The notes beneath the pieces were generated by a model. The model had not been told where the DNA came from. It did no database searches and was given only the letters and a program-made list of their open reading frames with translations. From a virus (lineage: Duplodnaviria > Caudoviricetes): a stretch of DNA of 64,000 nt. The stretch is taken from positions 26,682 through 90,681 of IMG/VR virus record IMGVR_UViG_3300028888_000097. The stretch is one strand, 5' to 3'. Positions 19,989 to 29,100 of the stretch are shown here, one piece after another; position 1 is the first letter of the stretch, and each line of letters starts with the position of its first letter. Made by a program: the position numbers and the translations under genes.

Positions 19989-20227
19989 CCGTCTCCTCGC
20001 ACGTCCGCGCGAGTTGCGTCAATCAGAAACGCGGTGCGCTCAATCCTGATGGTCCGTCTCTTCGCACGTCTGCGCGGGTTGCGTCGCTATCCGTGTACAA
20101 AAAGGCTTTTCATTCCGGTTGACGCCCCCGTCAACTCGCACATGCACGCGGGATGCATCGTTTGGGAAGACCATTCTGGTGAGGTCAACAAAATGCCGTC
20201 AACTCGCACATGCACACGGGATGCATC
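19989..20227 (-). CRISPR. Degenerate mini CRISPR array: four 32-nt repeats, three intervening sequences of 33, 42 and 36 nt
   Basis: + strand repeats: 19989-20020 CCGTCTCCTCGCACGTCCGCGCGAGTTGCGTC; 20054-20085 CCGTCTCTTCGCACGTCTGCGCGGGTTGCGTC; 20128-20159 CCGTCAACTCGCACATGCACGCGGGATGCATC; 20196-20227 CCGTCAACTCGCACATGCACACGGGATGCATC. Minus orientation is inferred from the adjacent effector and the ...GTTGACGG 3' end. Confidence 0.85.
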
Positions 20228-20491
20228 GGCGAAATATCCATTTTTCAAGGTGCATCTTTGGTTATAATGTGCAAGGCTTTCCGCGTATTGAGGTCTTTTC
20301 CGCTTCGGTTGACAGATTGCTCTGTATGGGCGAAACGGCGCTGAACCCCTTTCCGCAAAGCATTTCCCGTCTTGCAAACCGGATAAACCGATTCGTCTTT
20401 ATCGACGGAGGGACCATGACCGGGACCCTTTTCAACTCATTTTGGGAGTGCGAATCTCCCGACTTATTCTGTGGGCTTGGGTTTCGCGGGA
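20228..20491 (-). ncRNA. Putative tracrRNA/scaffold RNA
   Basis: Non-coding gap between effector stop and array. Minus-strand segments CTGTCAAC and TTGCACAT are complementary (with G-U) to the last 16 nt of repeats R3/R4. Inference only. Confidence 0.5.
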
Positions 20492-21991
20492 TTAACGAAT
20501 CCCCATACTGCTCAGGTGTGGTTTGCTTTCTGAATTGAGCCGATCCATTTCGGCATCGTGTAAGGATGCGAATTGAGGGTAGGTTTTCTTGCAGAGTTTT
20601 TTATCGGGTTCTTCTAACGACGGAGAAGAATTCATCAGAAGAAATGCTGAATACAAATCTCTTTGTATCTTGTCCCCGTTTTTCAGGTGATTCCAGCGCT
20701 GTTCCAGAGTCTTCTTTCTGTATTCGTCTGCGGTGTGATCGTACTGACTTGCCCTAAAGGTCCACTTGGCAACTTCATGGTATTCTCCGCCGACCCGTTG
20801 ACCTTTTTGTTCAAGCAGAAGCATGAACATTCCGGGGGCGCGGTTGGCAATAGACTTTCCGAATCGTTTCTTCCGGGCGAAATTCCCGTTTTTGTCTTTC
20901 TTGGTTTCTTTCGCCCGGCGCGCCAGTCCGCTCCATTCCATCGGCTCTATGTAGATTTCCCTGCCGAGCGACAGGATGTGATTCGCCATCCGGCAATGCT
21001 CCTGCTTCCGAATATCGGCGTTCTTTCGTTCCAATTCGCGGACGCGGCCTTCCATACGGAGGTAATGCTTGGATTTCGCCCACCGCAACTTGATGCCGCG
21101 TCTGATGGTTCCGTCCGGATTGAAGTTGTCCGGGTTCGTCGCTCTGCGGCTTCGGTCCATCTTCCGCTGAAGCGCAACCTTCTCCGCGTGATTCCGTTTC
21201 ACTCCCGCCGCCAACTCCGCAAGCCGGACTTCGGTCGGAGAAGACCACGCTATCGTCTGCGTACCAATGTCGATTCCGACGCGGCCTTTTCCGACGGGGC
21301 GGTATTTGGAAGCGGGTTCGCCCTGGTAGGTAATCTGGAGATAATACTTGTATCTCGTTTTGATCCACTTCCGGACGACGCGCATATTGCGGACTTCCTT
21401 CTGCATCATTTCCCGTTCGTAGGCGTTCTTGGGACGGCGGATGCGGATTTTCATAATCACACAATCGTCACAGCGTCCGCCTTTCCATGTGAAAACGTCT
21501 CCGTCAATGGTCATGCCGTCTCCGCGCGGGTACTTGCAAGCGATGCTGTCCAGCGAACCACGCTTGTGGAAATGAACCGCTTTCCCGTTTGAAAACAGAT
21601 ACTTTTCAAAGGAACGCCATACATCCTGCCCGGATCTTTGCGCGACGTTTGCGCTGATATGAGGGGCAAAATGCTTGTGAACAGCCAAATCGGTGGTGTC
21701 TTTGGAGAACCGAAAGTCTTTGAACCCGGCTTCTTTCAGCATCGCGTTCCGCTCCTTGAACAGAACTTTCTTCTGCTTTTCGTCAGAGCATTCGCGGATG
21801 GATTTTGCGAGGCGTTTCCACGCCCTCGTCCGTTCAAGCTGTTTCAGTTTGCGGAGTTCAAACCCGATGAGGGTATTCTTGAACTTTTCCACAATATCGA
21901 ACCGGGTTTCGATGATTCTGTCCTGCCAGGGTTCGGTGAGCAGAGGAAGCGTCAGCACACAGCAGACGGATTCCTCGTTTGATTTCGCCAT
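20492..21991 (-). CDS. Compact TnpB/Cas12-superfamily RNA-guided nuclease, CRISPR-associated (type V-like effector)
   Basis: RuvC-I GRVGIDIG, RuvC-II EIYIE and RuvC-III IQRDLYSAFL are all intact; no CxxC zinc ribbon; GAAAGGA RBS; TATAAT at 22027-22032 (minus); no tnpA nearby. Confidence 0.85.
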   Translation of the reverse strand: MAKSNEESVCCVLTLPLLTEPWQDRIIETRFDIVEKFKNTLIGFELRKLKQLERTRAWKRLAKSIRECSDEKQKKVLFKERNAMLKEAGFKDFRFSKDTTDLAVHKHFAPHISANVAQRSGQDVWRSFEKYLFSNGKAVHFHKRGSLDSIACKYPRGDGMTIDGDVFTWKGGRCDDCVIMKIRIRRPKNAYEREMMQKEVRNMRVVRKWIKTRYKYYLQITYQGEPASKYRPVGKGRVGIDIGTQTIAWSSPTEVRLAELAAGVKRNHAEKVALQRKMDRSRRATNPDNFNPDGTIRRGIKLRWAKSKHYLRMEGRVRELERKNADIRKQEHCRMANHILSLGREIYIEPMEWSGLARRAKETKKDKNGNFARKKRFGKSIANRAPGMFMLLLEQKGQRVGGEYHEVAKWTFRASQYDHTADEYRKKTLEQRWNHLKNGDKIQRDLYSAFLLMNSSPSLEEPDKKLCKKTYPQFASLHDAEMDRLNSESKPHLSSMGIR

Positions 21992-22099
21992 AATTGACGC
22001 TTCCTTTCGTTTGGATTGATGGTATCATTATACCGAAACCGGGATTTTCGATTAACCGGTAGTGATGAAACTTCCGTAAATATCGTTCGGACAATGTAA

Positions 22100-22126
22100 A
22101 AACCGCCGGAGATTGGTCGGCGGTTT
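22100..22126 (-). terminator. Terminator ending the leftward accessory operon
   Basis: Perfect 9-bp stem AAACCGCCG / CGGCGGTTT, continuing into a T-run on the minus strand. Confidence 0.65.
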
Positions 22127-22152
22127 GGGGTATTCCTTTCGTTTCGTTCAGG

Positions 22153-23157
22153 TCAGAGGGTAAACGCGGAGAACTTCTCGGCGATATTCTTCGCGGCCTT
22201 CGCTTTATTGAGAATGTGGGTATAGACTTTCTCTGTGGTGCGGAGGCTGGAATGGCCGAGGGCAAGCTGAACATCGCGGATGTCGGCTCCGCCGTCGGCC
22301 CAGAGGGACGTCGCGCAATGGCGGAGAAGGTGGGGATAGATGTCGCGTCCGATGACACGCTTTCCATATCGTTTGACGAGGCGGTCTAAGGTGGAGGCGT
22401 GGAACTTATGCCAGAGTTCGGCGCGGTTCGGTTCGTTCCCTTCGGGTTCATCAGTTTCTTCTTCCGATTCTATTTTGCCATCGTGCTGATGGGTTCCGAA
22501 GAGGAAGTCTTCATCGGTTGCCCATGCGGGGCGAATGCCGGAGTTCAGGTAATTCCGGAGGACGATTTGCGCGGCGGGCATGAAGGGGACGTTTCGTTCC
22601 TTCGATCCCTTGCCGTTCCGGACGGTGATGGTTTTTTCGTCCCAATGGAGATCTGAAGGGCGGAGTTCGCGCAGTTCGTCCGATCTGAGGCCGGTTAAGA
22701 TGATGGTGGCAACGATGGCGTAGTTGCGCTTCGGGAGTTTGCCCTTGATGGAAACCGGGATATTGGCGGGGTCGAGCAGCCGTTTGATTTCGTCTTCCGA
22801 GGGGATTTCCTTTTTGGTGAAGGTGAAAGCGGGGCGGCTGGATTCGGGGATGGGGGATTCGGAGACGAGCTTCATTTTCTTCGCCCACGTGAAGAAGCGT
22901 TCGACCGCGCCGTAATACTGATTGGCGGAATTCTGCGAGACGGTTGACATGAGAGAATCGCTCCACTCCTGAACGGTTAAGGGGGTGATTTCATCGGGGT
23001 TCGTTTCGTTCAGGTAATCCCGGAATTTGCGTAATCCGAGGTCATAGGCGCGGACGGTATGTTCGGACTTCTTCTGGGCGCGTTCGGAGGCGAGGTATCG
23101 GGGGTACAGTTCGTTATATTCGGCGGGGGTGAGGGATTCCGGGATCTGGTGGGACAT
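22153..23157 (-). CDS. XerC/D-like tyrosine recombinase
   Basis: N-terminal TVRAYDLGLRKF (SAM-like domain); catalytic TGLRSDEL, GKGSKER, HLLRH, LGHSSLRTTEKVY. Confidence 0.9.
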   Translation of the reverse strand: MSHQIPESLTPAEYNELYPRYLASERAQKKSEHTVRAYDLGLRKFRDYLNETNPDEITPLTVQEWSDSLMSTVSQNSANQYYGAVERFFTWAKKMKLVSESPIPESSRPAFTFTKKEIPSEDEIKRLLDPANIPVSIKGKLPKRNYAIVATIILTGLRSDELRELRPSDLHWDEKTITVRNGKGSKERNVPFMPAAQIVLRNYLNSGIRPAWATDEDFLFGTHQHDGKIESEEETDEPEGNEPNRAELWHKFHASTLDRLVKRYGKRVIGRDIYPHLLRHCATSLWADGGADIRDVQLALGHSSLRTTEKVYTHILNKAKAAKNIAEKFSAFTL

Positions 23158-23174
23158 GGTGGATCTCCTTTCGG

Positions 23175-26100
23175 TTAGTTTTCCGGTTCGTTTGGTTCGG
23201 TGGCAAATAGAATATTGGAAACAGATACAATGACCCGTTCGACATACTCTTCGCAGTTATTGAGGCCCGATCCGACGAGAATTTCAGCGTTCGGCGGGCA
23301 GTGGGACAGGATTTTAATCAAATCCCGGACGGTAAAGACGCTGTTTTCGTCGGGGCGGATTGTTTTGTGATTGAATTCGGTGGAGATTTTCACGGTTGAT
23401 TCCTTTCATTTGGATGGTCAAAATACGATTTCCTGTGTAGTTTTGCCGGGGGTGACGGTGATCCCGAAACGGGAGAGTTTCGTCTGAATCTCATTTTGCA
23501 GGACATACAGTTCGGCGGGAGAGGCGATGAAAGTGATTTCGTTTATTTCATCGAGGCGGAGAAAAGCGGAACGCATCTGTTCCAGATCCCGGCAAATGGA
23601 AGCGGCGTAATTAAATTTGTCGCGGAGTTCATCCAGTTCGGATTCGTCCGCATAGAGCATGACGCCGATCACAGCCTGAAGAAAACGGTTCATAACGGAA
23701 TACAGATCATCAAAGTCATCGTCGATCAATCTGTCTGCGATCCGGGACAGGGGACGGCGCTCCATTCGGACAGTTACATATTGGCCAAAGCCGTGCATGG
23801 AAGGAAGTGCAGCGGTCTCGGCGAAAGACCGGTCGAGCATTTCCCGCGCCTGTTCCAGAACGATAGATTCTTTTACATCCCGCCGTGCTGATGCGGCGAG
23901 AGGTAATGCGTCAACCACCGTCAGCAGGGATCGCATGGCAAACCACTCGTTATATTCCCGGTCGTTGTGTTCGTTTGCATTGAGGCGGTCGGTAACGAGG
24001 TCGAAAAGGTTTTTGTACATGATGGGACTCCTTTCAGTTCAGATTTCGATTTCGAGGATTTCGGCAGCGCGGTTTACGACGGATTCAAAGGAATCTCCGT
24101 CCGCTTTGCTCCATTCAAGGGAGAGTCCGGCGCGTTCGCACAGTTCACAGAGCGTCTCGAGATCCCATTCGTCACAGGTGCGGATGGCTTCGGCAAGCTG
24201 GCTATCGGTCATGGCAGCGGGGGAGATCTCATTGAGCTGCAATTCAAGTTCGTCTCCATCCCTGTCCCATTTACGGGAGAGGCGGGAGAGTTCTTTGCCG
24301 TTGACGATAGTCTCGGTGGTGACGGTGGTGTCGTATGTCCAAATGGGAAGGTATTCTTCACGGATGGTGTAGTATTTCATTTGATTTGTCCTTTCTGCCC
24401 GATCGGGCGTTATTCATTCTCCGGTGCGCTCATCGCGTCCCGGACCATTTCGGCGATCATGGATGCAATTTTCTCGATCTCATCGTCCGTCAGATCGGCG
24501 AGTTCGGTGTCTGCATCGGTGCGGAGGTCTTTGTTTTTGAGCCATGCGGAAACTTCTGCGGGATCCGTATGAAAGGCGGTAGGGCCGTCGGAGGTCCAGA
24601 TGTCATAGTATGCAGAGGCGATTTTGGCGAGTTGGAGGTATGATTTCATTTGATTCATTCCTTTCAGTCCCACAGATGGGACATAGCGGCGTTTTTCCAC
24701 TCGTTTTCCATCTCGGCGATAACGGTTTCATGCGGTTCGCCGTTGATGATCCGTTCAAGGGCTTTGGCTCCTGCGCTTGCTTTTTCGTCGTTTTCGGAGA
24801 GTGAATAGCTTTCGGCGCGGAGGTAAGCGGCTGCGCGGGGGTGAGCGGCGCGGAGCGCGTCGAGGTCGATGTCCGGTCTCACGGGTAGGATGCCGTATCC
24901 GTTTTCGACCGCCTCGTTATAGCGGTCATAGTAATCTTTCAGTTCGCGGATTGCCGATTTCAGTTCGGTCAGCCCTTCGATAGCGTCAATTTTGTCCTGG
25001 CGTTCCCAGGCTTTTCGTTCCGTTTCGCGTTTTTCGGCGAGGAGGATTTCGAGGATGGCGGGCTTGTTGGAGACGATGAGCTGTTCGTCTCGTTTCGTTT
25101 TGACCCGTGAGCGGGTGACGCTGATGTGGGATTCGTCGTGGAGGGTGATACCGTATTTTTTGATGATTTCGCGGGGATCCATGATTTCTTCCTTTCTGCC
25201 AGGTCAGGCATTATACTTGTTTATAAAAGCGGCGGTGGATTCGATTTCGTCGTCATCCATGTTGTCCCGGCAAAGATCGAGATATTCATGAATTACGTTT
25301 ATCATGTCGTCTTCACGGTAGAAGTCGGAATACTTTGCGGAATCCACGATGTCTTGAAGGTCGGCGCATTCGTTCTGAATCATGGATTCGACGGCGTAGG
25401 CGGCGTTTTGAGAACTATCGATTGTTCTGGCGATAAGGCGGAGAACTTTCGATTCGGGGTTTTTCATTTCGTTTCCTTTCTGCCTGTAGGCAATAGCTTC
25501 GTTTGGTTTCGTGATTATTATACCACATTTCGGACGTTATTACGCGTTTTCGATGTGTTGTTTACACAAAGTTTACAAACCGACCCGACGTTCTGTGAGG
25601 CGCGAGAGCGGGGGATTTCGTTTGATTCGATCCGGAAGGCATTCTGATTCGTCCGGGTTCAATTCGCCCGAATTTACCCCACTCCTGCGCGTCCTGCGGG
25701 GTGCTATGCGATCTTAGCGGTGACTTCTTCGTCGGTTCCGGGTTCCGTCAAGTTCGTTTCGTTCAGCGGGGGGATCACGAGGCCGAACGCGAGTTTCAGA
25801 AGGGCTGCGAGGACGGTGTACTGCGATTCGCGGTTGGCATCGGAGGCGTAGTTGGAGGAGAAGACGATCTGGGGGCCGTCCGGGGAGGGGACTTCGGCGG
25901 CAAAGGTTCCGTTCGGGAGGTGGTGGAGGGTTAATGTCATTTTGTTTTGTCCTTTCTTTTGATTTCAGCGAGTTTTGATTTTATCATGTATGCGGAATAG
26001 TCCAGCTCCCGCCCGCAGGAGGGGCAGGAGGCGGGAAGATTCGGCGGGAGAGGGGAGCGGCATTTTCCGCAGAGCGGGAAGCCGGTCGGGGTGGTTATGA

Positions 26101-29100
26101 CAAGGGCGGGGCGTTTCATTTGGGTTGATCCTCCGGTTCGTCTGATTCGGTTGTGATACGGATAAATTCCGTCCAGTCCAGTTCACGTCCGCATTCAGGG
26201 CAGTAATTCGGCATTTGACCGTATTTATCGCAGAGCAGTTCGGCTTTGCATTTTTCGCAGTAGGTGATACCGTCGTCGGTCATTTTGACGGTGGATTTCC
26301 CGCGGGTTGGTTTCATTTGATTCGCTCCTTTCATGTAAACGCGAGGGTTCCGTTTTCTTTGAAGGTTTGATTCCAAATGTAAGCGGTTGTATCGGCTTCC
26401 CGTTTGGTTTCGCAGAGCTGAATGACGGTAACTCTACTGTAGCCGCCGTGTTCGGAGTGATAAGCTCCGCCGAACTGGTTGATTTGTTTGAGAAGGTTTT
26501 GGTCGGACGTATAATAGTTTGTTCCCGAACATTCCTTCCCATCGGGGAATCTGCACTGATAGGCGTAGTAAAAGCGTTTCATGATATACATTCCTTTTCG
26601 TTTCATTCGGCGGATTTCGATTCGATCCAGGCGGTGAGGGATTTGAGGATGTCGGCGCGGGGTGTGGACGTGCGCTGAAGGCTTGTATAAAACTTTCCGT
26701 TTCGCTTCTGATGGAAGGAATGGATATTCGAGGTGTAGGGTTCGGAGACGTAGAAGCCGCCGCTGAACCATCCGAGCGGGGGAAGGACGTCGAGGGCATA
26801 ATCGTACTGTTCTTCGGTTTCTTCCTTCCATTCGCCGCAGAGGGCGTCTTCTGCGGCGGTGAGGATGGTGTGAAACTCTTCTTCGGTCAAGATCGTGTAC
26901 CCTTCGGATCGGTAGTCTTCGACGGTCTTGCCGGAATAGGGATCCGTTCCGTTCGGTGCGGTAATGACGGCATACCATGCGGACAGGCCGCGCTTTTTGA
27001 AGTCGTCCAAGTCGCGGACGATGTAAGTCCAGTCAGCAGACATTTTATTTCGTTCCTTTCGTTTGCAGATATTTTTGAATCAGCGGAAACACTGCGTCAA
27101 TTCCGTTCCATCTGATTACGCCCAGGATGTTCCAGAATAAGCGGGTATAATCTTCTTTGCCGAGGATTATTTCAAATTCCAGAAGACGCGCTTTTTCTTC
27201 TTCGGACAGTTCATATTCTTCGATGATTTGCCCGTTCGATTCGATGCGAGAAGTGATTTTCATTTGATTTGTTCCTTCTTTCCGTACAGTAACGAATAAA
27301 CGCCATATGAATATAGTTTGTCAAACCAGTGCCAGATTTCATCCCGTTCGGTCCCGGCCTTGAAGTGATACCAGTCTTCGGCAAGGATCAGTTCGCCGGA
27401 TTCGTTTTCGTCAAATGGAACGTCTTCCAGCTCGTTCCATATGGATTCAAGGTATATATCAACGCCTTCGCGGGAAAGTCCTTTGAAATTCGGTGCAGAT
27501 TCCATTTCGTTCAGATCCTTTCGTTTCGTTCAGTGGAACGCGATGATTTTTCCGTTCGGGCCGTTGTGTTCGCAGTAGCAGCGATGATTTCCGTTCCGAT
27601 CGATCCGGTTTGAAAACCAGCGCGTTTCGTTCGATTCGCATTCCCGGACGGGGACAACAGTTTTCGGCATATAGTAACAGGCGCAGAGGGAAAAAGCGTT
27701 TACAAAGCTCGTCGATGTACAGACGGAGGGATTCTTTTGACCGACCATGTAGATTTTCCGTTCCATTTCATTCAGTCCTTTCGTTCGATCCGGGGGATTG
27801 CTCCCCCGGTTTGTTTCGTTCGGTTCAGCCGATGTTGTCGGCATAATCGCACCAGCCGGAATAGTGAACGGCAAGGATCACGTCGTCGGTGATTCGTTCG
27901 GTTCCGTTCTTCCAGACGATGGCGGAGACGAAATCCCCTTCGCAGTAGTCTTCGCAGCCGTAAAACTGATACTGATAGCCAGAAGCGGTTTCGATGGTAA
28001 CGACGTCGGCAGGGCGGTCGAGGTCAACGATTTTCGCGGTCATGGAATAGAGGCCGAGAGCGGCGATGAGGGCGGAGAGATAGGCGATGATGGTTTTCAT
28101 TTAATTTTATCCTTTCTGTATTCTTGATTCTATTATAGCGGATGGTCGGAAGTTTTCAAGGGGAATCAGGCAAGCAGTTCATTCAGTTCCGGTTCACCCA
28201 TGAGGAAACGGGAGGGGAGTTCAAAGGCGGCGTATTCGTCGGCGATGTGCTCCAGGCGGCGGGAGAGGTGGTTCTGTTCGATATAAGCGGCCAGACGTTC
28301 CCGTCCGGTTGATTCCGTTCCGGTCGGCTCCGCTGAGAGGATCAGGGAGCCGGTGGCGGTTTCGTTCAGGGTGACAGTGTGGAAGTGAAGGCTTTCGTTC
28401 AGTTCGTCGCATTCGTTCCAGAGGGCGGCGGCGGTGGTATAGTCGTAGTCGGTCGGTAGGCCGTTCATGCCGTAGGTGGTGAGGTTGAGGATGTAGGATT
28501 TCATTTCGTTCAGTTCCTTTCATTCGAGAATATAGAATCAATTATGGTTTCAGATTCTTCTTTTTCGGCGACTGCTACACAAGGCCAGAAGGCGCGGCGT
28601 TTTGTCGCAGCTTTTTCGGCGGCTCTTTTTGTTTTGAAGGTTTGAATAATCGTGGGGGATTCAGGTTTATATCCGGACAAAACGATATAGATTTTCATTT
28701 CATTCGTCCCTTTCGATTTCGGAGAATTTTTTCAGTTCGTTTGCGATTCCTTCCGGTGTGTTTGCGTATTTTTCAAGCCATTCGGTGAAACACCAGGACA
28801 GATAGGATTCGAGGTTATCCAGGGCGGCGGGGGATTCGTTCAGAGCGCGGATTGCGTTCACGAATACGGCGGCGGCGCGTTCGGTTTCGGGCGTTTTCAT
28901 TTCGGTCAGGCTCCTTTCATTTTGCGGAATAATAGATGCTTGCGGGGACGTTATAAATCCATGCGCCGCAACGGACAAGAAGAGCGTCGTTTCCATAGTA
29001 AAGTTTTCTCATGCCGGTTACGGAACCGGTAACGGAGAAGTTGGGATAGCGTTCAAGATGGTATATTTTCCCTTGCGTTTCGTTCATGGTTCGGACACGA

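Noticed and set aside
20021-20053. Spacer 1 translates to NQKRGALNPDG, echoing NPDG in the effector; possible self-match
   Set aside because: The effector's DNA does not match at nucleotide level, and I saw no match elsewhere in the window by eye. An exhaustive alignment was not possible.
19989-20227. Type I-C array hijacking host Cascade
   Set aside because: The 32-nt length and hairpin are similar, but the ends (GA(T/C)GCA...GACGG) differ from GTCGC...TTGAAA(C/T), and an adjacent co-oriented RuvC nuclease is the simpler explanation. Not fully excluded.
20492-21991. Calling the first nuclease an ordinary IS200/IS605 transposon gene
   Set aside because: No tnpA, no IS605-type right-end hairpin like the one at 62960-62998, and a repeat array lies downstream.
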